A DNA stretch of 64,000 nt from the human T2T-CHM13v2.0 reference genome, Homo sapiens. This document shows, piece after piece, positions 53,754 through 64,000 of this stretch (position 1 is its first letter; every line of letters starts with the position of its first letter). The stretch lies in assembly GCF_009914755.1 (NCBI RefSeq), contig NC_060938.1; one strand, given 5' to 3'. The notes under the pieces are model-generated. The model saw only the letters and a list, made by a program, of their open reading frames with translations. It had not been told where the DNA came from and did no database searches. The translations under genes were made by a program, and so were the position numbers.

Positions 53754-55799
53754 TAAGTACACCTCTACCTCATCTGCTTCTGCAATTATATAAATTCTAA
53801 CCCTTATAATAAATGTCCTTTTACATTACATTATTACTTTGTTTTCCTGGATGAATCCCAATGGATAAATGGCTAACGGCAATTTTCTACAATGAATTTT
53901 TGCATTATCACATAAATGTCAATGACTAGAAAATAAGAATTATTATAATAGAGTGCATCAGATAAATGGATCATGTAATGTTCCATCTTTGTACTTCATT
54001 TTTAGGTGGAAAATACAGGAAAAGTGATGGAATTATGTTAAGTTAATGAAAAAAATAAAATTACCACTGGTGATTAAACTGTCAATTACATACTCTTTTC
54101 AATTCATACTCTTTGAATTAAGTTCAAACACAAATTTGAGCTTATTAGGAAATTATTTTCTTGAATAGAAAAATATAGTTTAACAAATAACAGACTAAAA
54201 AATTGAAATTTCTTTTAAATATATTTATCTTAAGGAAATAGGTTTTAAGATATTCTAATCAATAGGATGTCCTTATTCAACTTTCATCTTACTGTATAAA
54301 CATAATGCTGTACTTACAATGATTGTAAGTACAACCATTTGACCTAATAACAAAATTCCCTGAATTATAGTGACCCTGCCTTACACTTAGAGAAAAATAT
54401 ATAAGGAATTCCTTTAAAAAATCTTGAGTTTTGTATTTATCTAAACTGAAATATAAAAGGTAATATAATTCCACAAATTATATCATTCAAAATACATTTC
54501 CCAAATGATATGATTTCTCTAGCTTAAATAGTATAATTTTCTAAACTTTAACTGGTAATATACTACTTATTTGGCTATGTGGGAAGGAAAGCATAATAGG
54601 TGGCCTGTGACTTCCATCTTCCCTATTGGAGAAGCCCAAAGAAATGATTGACATTGGCAGTGCCCAAGAGAATGGGTGATCTCCATTGAATCTTGTTATG
54701 TACAGTCTAATGGTGTTTATTAGTGGAAACCTATTAGGAAATCTTTACCTAAAACATTCTGTTTAACAAAGTATTCCTGAGCTGTCCAACTTGCTTAATG
54801 TGCGTAAACCTAGGATTCCTAAATTTGGGGTATGGCTGGTTGATGATGGATAGAAATTAGTCACACATTCCACTTCTGTGTGTGACCCACAGGGAGTAAA
54901 ACTAATAAACCAAAATGTGACTTTGTCAATGTACATCATACATTGTTAAGCAGTTATCTGGTAATCTGAAACCAAAACACATTCCAAAACAGCAAAAGGG
55001 GTAATGGGGAAGCTGCATCTGACAGGTTCAGGACTCTCCCAGAAAGGAATACTATTTTTATCTATATGTCTTATAGACTTTGGATTATTTGTGAAGTTTG
55101 GTAAGATCTATGATTAGATCTGCTTTGGGTCAGCTTTTATAATTCAACTGTTTCCGATAATGAAGCACATATATTCCATAGTTTAAAGCCTCAAAAAGGA
55201 TTAAGGTATAGCTAAAATGAGGCATCATCACCCCTTGCAGGTATCAGAAATTTTTGGAAATGATGTGCTTTTTGGAATTCTTGTTTTGAAAGCATTCTTC
55301 AATGACTTAGGGAAACATCGCATTAAGACATGTACACTGATTTTTCTATACATAAACAATAACATGTTTCAAAGTATTTTTCCACTAAACAAAAAAAAAT
55401 GGCATTATTTTCTTTAAATAGGCACTGACAGACACAGTACATATATAATTTCCTGGAACTTGAATCGGTGATTAAAGCTAAGTCAGTTGCCTAGTGTCTA
55501 GGGTTAGAACAGCAACTTCATAATGAAATTCTCTGTTCTGTTTTTTATTAATATTATCTGATGTTTCTTACACCTCTTTTACTTTGCCTCTTATTTTCAT
55601 TTGCACTTCAATATTTTTGATTCTTCTACTCATAAGAAAGCTGTAGATTAAATCATTCATCTGTAAGAAATTTGCCTTAATTTCTTTCTATTTTTTTACT
55701 TCTCTCAGATTATATATACTACTGAACCTATATAATTTATAATGCATTTATAATATATATTATTTATAATATACACACATTATACATATATACATTTTT

Positions 55800-56520
55800 G
55801 GATGCATTTCAGAGGAAATTGAAGACACTGGAGTATTAGAGTAGTTAGTTTAAGCTGGAAAAATTACTAAAACTTTCTTTGTCTCTCTGAACTTTAACTT
55901 TATTTATTTATTTAATTTCAAATTCTCCCAGATGTTGATGCACTTTAACATTTTAGAAGAGTATATAGGCTGGTTATTTTGGAGATCCTTCAATTTAGGC
56001 TTGTGAGATGATTCCTTATAATTGATTCAGTTTATAAATATTCAGCTGGACTATCACAAAAATAATGATATGTCTTTCTTGGTGCATCGTATCAATAGCC
56101 TAAGGATGTTAGGTTGCCCCAGTATTGGTGATGTTAACTTTGATCACTGAGTTACGGTACTGTCCACCAGATTTCTCCATTTTAAAATTATTATTTTTTC
56201 TTTTTGTAATGAACAAGCAATTTGCAAGGAGATACTTTGAGACTAGGTAAATATCTGCTTCCTCATCAAACTTTTAAATACTACTCTTAGCAACCAATGA
56301 TAATTTTCTGACTTCACCATTCCTTCAACATTTATTAGTTGACATTCATAAAAAAAGCTTTCCTTTCTTTTGCATTTACTTAATTATGTGTTTTTATTCT
56401 TTTACTTATATAATCAATGTGAGTTCAGGTAGAGAGTTATTATTGTAAACATCATTATGTCTTTTAATGTTTTAATTGCTCCACATTTGAGTTGCTTGTA
56501 AATTTTAAGCTGTAAATGTA
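55800..56520 (-). mobile_element. Ancient L1 3' region (L1MC4/5-like)
   Basis: tattggtgatgttaactttgatcac, ccagatttctccat and gagatactttgagact motifs; boundaries approximate. Confidence 0.6.
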
Positions 56521-56881
56521 CCTTAAATGAATCAAATAAGAACTAAAGTTAATTAGTATAATTGTTGTCACTCTTAATCATGACAAGGATCTTATTTTCC
56601 TTTAACTATACATGTTTTTCAAGTATATTATAGATATTTAGAATTATAGTTCTCTTCTGTTAGCAAACACAGAAACTTTATTATTATTATTACTAATTAT
56701 TATTATTACCATCATTAGATAATGATTTACCTAAGTGAGTTATCAGTTTTTTGGCCCACTGTTTGTTTCTTGTCATGCTGTACTTTCTCTCTAGATTTCT
56801 TTTATTTGGGGATTGGGCTTCTAGTGTACTTATCATTTAAGTGTTGATAATACCGAAATCTGTTCTGTAAAACTTCACTTA

Positions 56882-57327
56882 TGTTTATCACAGCACTATT
56901 CACAAAAGCAAAAGTATGGAATCAACCTAAGTGTCCATCAGTGGATAACTGGATAAGGAAAATGTGGTATATATATACACAATGGAATACTACTCAGCCA
57001 GAAAAAAAAAATGAAATTATGTCTTGTGCAGCATGGAACTAGAGATCATCATCTTAGATGAAACAACTCAAAACAAGAAAGACAAATACTATATGTCCTC
57101 ATTTATAAGTAGAAGCTAAATACTGTTTACATATTAAAGTGTGGAATGATAGGCATTGGATACTCAAAAGGGTGAGGGGTTGGGAGGATAGATGATTAAA
57201 AATTACATAATGGGTATAATGTACTTTATTTGAGTGACAGATTTATGTCACTCATGGCTCCCCTTTTCAGTAGAGCCATGTACAAAATTGCACTTGTATT
57301 TCTTAAATTTATACAAAAAAACCCCAC
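56882..57327 (+). mobile_element. 5'-truncated L1 (L1PB-type) 3' end
   Basis: tgtttatcacagcactattcac ... tgcacttgtatttcttaaatttatac plus A tail; 13-bp TSD aaaacttcactta (56869-56881) / aaaatttcactta (57328-57340). Confidence 0.88.
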
Positions 57328-57340
57328 AAAATTTCACTTA

Positions 57341-58150
57341 GTGATAAACTCTGAGTAATAAATGATCTTAGCCTTTTCTTTTTCCCCTCACCAAGGATAT
57401 ATAATTTTCCTAATCATAAAATTTAGAATAATAGACACTTTTATTCAGCATTTTAAGGTCTTTATTGTTCTATAATCTCTGTTGAAATGGTAAGAATTTT
57501 CATTATCACTCAAAATGTATTTCCTTTGTAGGCAATTTGTCTTTTATCTGGAAGCTTTCGAGATTTTATTTTTACTTTTGATGCTCTAGAGAATAAGTAC
57601 GGTGTGATAGTGTGAAAGTAGGTTTATGTCTCCTACTTTGTATTCAGATCTTTTATTTTCTGTGTTTCCTCAGTTCTGAAAAATTATCAAGTATGTTTTC
57701 AAGCATTTGCTTTGCTCCATTCTCTCATTTCCTTCTGCTGCACTTTCCTTAGATTATTGTTGTGGATTCTCCATCTATCTTTTATCTTAACTGCTATTTC
57801 ATTTTAAAGTCACTTTAGTTGTGCATTCAGAATCATTTACACGTTTTTAAATTATCTTAGTTACTCTCTTTACCTAGATGATTTTATACTATTTCATATT
57901 TATATCAATGACTGTATGTTAAGTTATTTATATCCACCTAAATATCATTTTTAAAATTCTGACTTACTTGATTTGATTATTTCTTTTATATTCTCATTTA
58001 TCTCTGTAAACTATTCAAAATAGTTATTTTGAATTTACCATTAGAAATTTCCTCTTCTTAATTGTGGATTTTGCTAGTCAATTTCTTAGTGTTATATTTT
58101 TAGCATGCAGTTTGGAGTTTTTATTTTCAAGCTTATTTTGAGTAGGCTTG
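57341..58150 (-). mobile_element. Ancient L1/HAL1-like ORF1 relic
   Basis: ttcctttgtaggcaatttgtcttttatctggaagctttcgagatttt and cagttctgaaaaatt motifs; weak match. Confidence 0.45.
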
Positions 58151-58188
58151 CAATCTCTTACTTTTCCTTCCTACTTTCTTTCCTTTTC

Positions 58189-58233
<45 letters not shown>

Positions 58234-58259
58234 CTATCATCTATCATCTATCTATCTAT
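58189..58259. repeat. (ATCT)11 tetranucleotide STR with a degenerate extension
   Basis: Perfect ATCT x11 at 58189-58232, then interrupted copies. Confidence 0.95.
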
Positions 58260-59552
58260 TACCTCCATCTCCCCTAACAATGCTTATCTCTCTCTACTTG
58301 TTTTGTAGTTACCTCAATACCTCTATCATCAGCCAATAAAACAAGTTCTTAGATAGATGGTACTGAGTGACTGTAAGATATTGGAATATGGCAGACCTGA
58401 AAGCATGTTTGGCTTAGGTCCTGGTAGCAAAACTATTTTTTGCCTCCCTTCTTCCCACTTTTCTCAGCCTCATTTCATCATGAGTTCGGGTTACATCTCA
58501 TCCGTGGCTTCTCAGTCTCTAAACCTGGCTTTGGAATTCAGTTTCAATTTAAGTTATTTTGGCACATCCACCTAACAGCCCACTTCATGATTTTTGAACC
58601 CCTCAAACATGTGGCCTCACCCATGGTGGTCATGTTGTGAATCCATTTTGTTTCTGATGAATAAAGATGTTTTATCCAAGATCTCCAGTAACTTTTAGGC
58701 TATCTGTGTACATACAGTAAGAGGAGTTTTTGAATTGAGAACTCACTGTGCATTATTGATCCCTGAGTCCGCATTTGGTCTTCAGAAAATATCTTTCAGT
58801 TAGTTAGATATTGTGTACTGGGAAGACTGAAGTTCAGAAATCTTATGTCACCAGGTAATAAGTGGGGGATCTTCAATTTGAACTTGGCTAACTCAATTCT
58901 TTCTACGGTACCAAATTTATCTTCTTAAAAACAAAACAAATATATTTTTATTCCTTCTTTCAGAAATAAAACCACAGGGTGCTATTTTGTGTCAGAATTG
59001 AAACATTTTATCAAATGTCTCTTTTAAGGTTTCAGTTATCATATGGTCACCTACTAAATTCTGGGCACACCATGAAAGTCCTCCTGAAAATAAGTTCACT
59101 TTCATATTTAGTCTCAAGTGCTGTCTGACAACAGTACAAACCATGGACAGTGTAACAGCAAAATTTGATCCACATTTTAACACCAAAATCACACAGCAAT
59201 TTACAAACCTAGGAAACATCGGAATTTTTAAAATATTTTGTTTTATCTTAACAAGAATATTGAGATGCTGGAAAGATAACAAATAGGTAAAAATATTTTA
59301 AAATAAAAGTATAGTCATAAATTTCTTTTCCCATGTAACAATGTAAACATTTCATTTTTAATTAACTTGGAAACAACTTTTTAGCGCATTATTGTGCAAC
59401 CTAGTTCTCTTAACTCTTTATTACTTTATATCTTCACATATATACACATGCGCCTAATATTGTAAAGTATTTGATATGACTCATGCATAAACATTTCTTC
59501 TCTAGAAAAGAAAAACAATTCTACAACCAAAGGAAAGAGAAAACAGTATATT

Positions 59553-60105
59553 TGTTGATGGAAAGAGGGGTCCCAATCCAAACTTCAATAGAGGGTTCTT
59601 GGATCTCATGTAGGAAGGAATTCAGAGTGAGTTACAGAGTCCAATGAGAAGAGAGAGTTTATCAAAAGCTACTAGATACAGAATAGGGTGTTCTCAGAAA
59701 GCAAGAGGAAGAAAACGCTATCTTTGTTTTAAACTCTTCTCAAATAGTAGTCTTATCTATGTAAAAGCTAAGCCATGTCTACATGTTTGTGGGCTGTCTG
59801 ACAAAATTTAGTACTTTGTTGATATGAAAGAAAGTTATCCGTAGCATTTTCATATATAAGTACATCAAAGCATAATTATAATTATCTTGAAAGTATATAT
59901 TGTTGTGGGTATTGGGATTTCTTGACTTTCTGTTGTTACTGGAGTGTGTCCTTGCAGCTATCTTTAGGCTGTTTCCTCAGCCATAAACATCTATACCATG
60001 AGTCTTGACTGGCAAGGAATGTGCCTTGCTAGTTTTAAGATGGAGTTGATTTTAAACCGATGTCCCCCTAACCCTCATATCCTCCTGTTTTCTGTTTTCC
60101 TAACA
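59553..60105 (-). mobile_element. ERV1 solo LTR (MER41D/E-like)
   Basis: TG...CA termini; gagggttcttggatctc and ctggcaaggaatgtgccttgctagttttaagatggagttgattttaaa; 553 bp. Confidence 0.75.
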
Positions 60106-60731
60106 CCCGTATCTTATTTTTCCCTTGATACTCTTCTTATTAAAAAGTATTGTGTTCTCAGACAAAGATTAGTTATATATTTAAAATAAATATGGCTTCC
60201 TGCAATAAAACTTGTAAGTCAAAATACATTTTGTATATGTTATGTGTGTGTACAGAACATCTTGCAAGATTTGTTTTTCAAAACTGTTTTATTCTGTTTT
60301 ATAGTAACTTTTGAAAACGTAGGAGGCCTGGAAACATTATTAATTTTCCCAAATGTCTAATGTATTCAGTATTTACTTATAGAAATAGAAGCTATAAAAA
60401 CGAGCAGCAAAAAAACTTTTTTAATGAGGTACTCTTTCCTAGTCGTTTTCCTCCCAGGACACTAAACATTGAGCAGTGATTTTTCTCATCATGTAAATAC
60501 TTTATATAGAGTAACTTTCCTGTCATCTCTGCCTTCTTTTATTAATAAAGATTGTATATTATCTTTGTATTGCATATTTATGTGTACTCAACAAATATTA
60601 GGCTAATAGCTGTTACTATGATGATGGTATAAATATTAACATCCTAAAAATTCTTAAAGGGAACTTATTTCCTTGACTTAGTTTTATTTATAATTATTTT
60701 AATTCATGTTTTACATGTATATATATATATA

Positions 60732-60993
60732 TTTTTTTTTTTTTTTTCTTTTTGGTGCTGTCTCAGCTCACTGCAACCTGTGACTCCCTGGTTCAAGAGA
60801 TTTTCCTGCCTCAGCCTCCCGAGTAGCTGGGCTTAAAGGCATGTGCCACCACGCCCAGCTAATTTTTGGATTTTTAATAGAGACAGGGTTTCACCATGTT
60901 GGCCAGGATGGTCTTGATCTCCTGACCTTGTGATCCGCCTGCCTGAGCTTCCCAAAGTGCTGGGATTACAGGTGTGAGACACTGCACCTGGCC
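60732..60993 (-). mobile_element. AluSc-type lacking the end of its right monomer
   Basis: T run joined directly to tggtgctgtctcagctcactgcaacc; the rest is a standard antisense Alu. Confidence 0.9.
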
Positions 60994-61029
60994 TACGTGT
61001 GCAAATATACTTTAAAATAACATTATTCT

Positions 61030-61525
61030 TTTCAATTCAGAAACTTCAACTCAGAAAAAACAAACTCAAAATGGTTTAAAAGTAAGTTTATACCTCTCGT
61101 GGTGCATTAATTTGTTGACTCAATGATATAATACTTGGTCCAGATTCTTTCCATTTCTCTGTGCTGCCATCTATAGTGTATCAACTTTGATCCTTATAAT
61201 AATTGCCCTATTGACAAGATAGCTGTGGCAGTTCCAGACACTGATACACACACGCACTTCTGTGTGTGTGTATATTTTTTTCTGCAATGACCTTTTCTTC
61301 ATATATCACCATTACTCTCCACCCCAAGCATTCCTCCCTTCACATAGTTTTGGCTAAAACTAGGTCACTTATCCATCCCAATGCCCACCCCTCACAGAGG
61401 GAATGTGTGACCTGAAATTTTCAGGATCTAATACTGAGTCTGAGGGATGGACACTTCTAAAAATCAGGGCTTTCTTCACACAAAAGATGAGAAGGAAGGG
61501 TTGTGGTATAAATCACTAATAGTAT
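61030..61525 (-). mobile_element. Old MLT1 (K-like) LTR relic
   Basis: gacaagatagctgtggcagttccag and ttggctaaaactaggtcac motifs. Confidence 0.45.
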
Positions 61526-61766
61526 TAAACTTGGGATGCCCACTGACTTTTCCAGACTTCAAGTATTATTATTATTATTAAAAATAAGTCTTTTCATTCA
61601 GTCTCAACCAACGCTCTACAGAAACTATAGGCCTTTGAGAAACACAATTTTATAGCCACTGGAATAAATAGCCCTTGAGGTCAATTTTAGCTATGGATCT
61701 TAGAATAACGGAAAAGAAAAAGTAGTGAGAGGAGCGAGAGATCAGATCATAAAAGTTAGAGAGCGG

Positions 61767-62571
61767 CATGAGTTTCCTGTGGCTACTATAACAAATAGCC
61801 ACAAACTTTGCAACTTCAAACAACAGAAATCTCTTTTCCCACAGTTCTGGAAACTAGAAGCCAGAAAACAGTTTATGTTTGTTTGTTTGTTTGTGAGACA
61901 GAGTCTCACTCTGTCACCCAGGCTGGAGTTCAGTGGCATAATCAAGGCTCACCACAGCCTTGACCTCCCAGGAACAAGGGATCTTCCTGCCTTGCCCTCT
62001 TGAGTAGCTGCTACTACAGGTGTGTGCCACCATGCTTGGCTAATTTTTTTTTCTTTATTTTATTTTATTTTTTTTATAGTGACAGGGTCCCACTATATTG
62101 CCTAGGCTGGTCTTGAACCTCTGGGCTCAAATGATCCTTCTGCCCTGGCCTTCCAAAGGGCTGGAATTACAGATGTGAGCCACCTGAGCTGAAATCAAGT
62201 CAGCAGGGACAAGTTTCCTTCCCATGCTATTAAACAAACAAACAAACAAACAAACTATTCCTTCCCTCTTTCAGCTTCTGGTGGCTGCTAACATTCCTTG
62301 GCTTGTGCCCGCTGCCCCACCTCAATCCAACTTCTCTTCTGTAGTCACATGCCTTCTCTTCTTCTGTGGGTGTTCATCTTCCTCTGCCTCTTTCTTATAA
62401 GGTTACTTGTGATTACAGTTAAGACCCATGCAGATAATCCAAGATTATCTCTCCATGTCAAGATCCTTAACTATCACATCTGCAAAGACCCCTTTTACTT
62501 TTAAGGTAACATTTACAGGTTCTAGGGATTAAGACCTAGTATCTTCAGGTGGCCCATATTCACCCTACTAC
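61767..62571 (-). mobile_element. MLT1C-like MaLR LTR interrupted by an AluJ
   Basis: gtttcctgtggctactataacaaat ... cacagttctgga | tgaaatcaag ... cagcttctggtggctgc ... cacatctgcaaagaccc. Confidence 0.82.
61871..62186 (-). mobile_element. AluJ-type with (TTTG)n tail
   Basis: gagacagagtctcactctgtcacccaggctgg ... gggctcaaatgatcc ... gatgtgagccacc. Confidence 0.9.
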
Positions 62572-62614
62572 CTGGACATGGAGTAGGACTCAAAGAGTCA
62601 TGGAAACACATATA

Positions 62615-62988
62615 AAAAGGATAAAACCTTAGACAAGTTAAGTTTAGCATAGTTTCATTAAGATAAAAAGTGATTCACAAATCGAGCAGCCCTCAGAACT
62701 GGAGTTCCAAGAACTCTGGGGCTGCAACACAGTCAGACAACATTTATGAACAGAAAACAGAAGTGACATATAGAGACGGCTTACCTGGTCACAGCTCAGC
62801 ATTTTCCCATATTTGAATCAGCTGGCTGCCTATGAGTGACTGTAAGGCTGGTACTCAGCTATTTCTTAGGAAAGTATTCCCCTAAATTAGGCTTTCAGTT
62901 AGTTTACATACTAAAAACGGTTGTAGTTTGTTACATAAAGACTCAAATGTGGAGGCATGCTTGGGACAAAACTTAATTCAAATTAACA
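62615..62988 (-). mobile_element. ERV1 solo LTR (MER57-like)
   Basis: Ends ggaggcatgcttgggacaaaacttaattcaaattaaca; internal gattcacaaatcgagcagccctcagaac. Confidence 0.6.
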
Positions 62989-64000
62989 CATGTAATTATA
63001 AAATTATTTCTTGGATGCAAGAAAGAAAAACAAATGGAGATTAAACAATCCCAAGACTTCACTATTCATTGATAGCCCTTGTATCTTACAGAAATACGTT
63101 TAGAGTAAAAGAATCTCCATCAACAAGGCTGCCAGTCAATTTATGCTGCTTCTTCAGATCAGTTCTCAATTCTGTGCTATTAGATTTTAATGGAGACAAT
63201 TGGATAGAAAAGAATATCAATAAATGAAGTTTTCTTGTGTTACAAGAAATAAAATACCTAATTTATTTTATCTTACATTTATAAAAACGTCTTTAATGTC
63301 ATGCACATTGAATATGTATAAATATAAATATATATAAAATAACAGGAAAATTTAAATCAAAACACAACTTGGGTTTCACCTCCTACAGTTCTTTCTAACA
63401 TATTTAATGCTATAATCTGCCCTGACCCTGGGTGTACACTATTACAGGACAATTACTTTCCTGATATAATTTACAAATATTAAAAAGCCCCTTTAATAAC
63501 AAAAAATAGGCCTCAAGATAGTAATTAGCATATCCAATTGCATGTATGTTTACATCTCGATGTTATGAATTGATTTAAAATTAACTCTTCTTTCTTCTTA
63601 TCTGGCCTCTTTAGCTTGGCACATCTGAAGTGGGAAAGGGATTGGGGCAGATTTGCTTTCTTGTGCTCCTCTTTCCCTAGCCAATAATCCTGAACTCACT
63701 TTAGTTGTTTTACTTTCAGCCAGGCTATGAGGGTATGCAGAGTACAAATAGGTGAGCAGGAGGACAGTACCTTTTTGGCTAGGTAGCCTAGAATGCTCCA
63801 CGTTTAATGGTTGGCGAAAGCTGGGGTTCCTAATGAGTCTGCATAGGATTATGCTAATTGTAATTCTTTAGTGATTCTTGCCTAAAACCTCTCCCCAGCA
63901 GCCTCCTTATGAGAATGCCTGCCTTTTTATTCTAATGCGTAACTTCTTTCTCCTTTGTCATTCACTGCATGTTTGGTGCAATACATCCATTCTCTTTGGC

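Noticed and set aside
53739-53758. 7-bp hairpin acttagg / cctaagt at an L1 truncation point
   Set aside because: Only 5 nt lie beyond the L1 match, which is within chance
57255-57279. Resemblance to the histone mRNA stem-loop (ggctc...ttttca...gagcca)
   Set aside because: The loop is 12 nt instead of 4, no histone ORF lies upstream, and it is inside an L1 fragment
61871-62255. (TTTG)n Alu tail and downstream (AAAC)6 forming an inverted pair
   Set aside because: The MLT1C sequence between them keeps its orientation, so no inversion is needed; two simple repeats can pair by chance

Overview
AT-rich primate genomic DNA, almost certainly human because it contains an AluYb8, a human-specific subfamily. 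It looks like a gene-poor intergenic or deep intronic region. I recognise no host protein-coding exon, rRNA, tRNA or CRISPR array. Much of the window is interspersed repeat. The main element is a near full-length L1PA2/PA3-type LINE-1 (7525-13541) with an 18-bp TSD, an intact 338-aa ORF1 and an ORF2 broken by at least 7 lesions. Also present: a rearranged old L1MA with nested MaLR LTRs (about 22410-27733), a twin-primed L1PA7-type fragment, several older L1 fragments, nine Alus, MaLR and ERV1 solo LTRs, Tigger-class DNA transposons, L2/MIR relics and microsatellites. Subfamily names come from recalled consensus sequences, not a database search. I found no convincing new biological system. The most unusual unexplained structures are a 36-bp LTR segment reused at two deletion junctions 1.4 kb apart (23615 and 25054), a 221-bp AT-rich palindrome (51812-52032), a triplication-plus-hairpin cluster (18894-19046), a young AluYb8 that may be polymorphic, and a few weak candidate non-coding exons.
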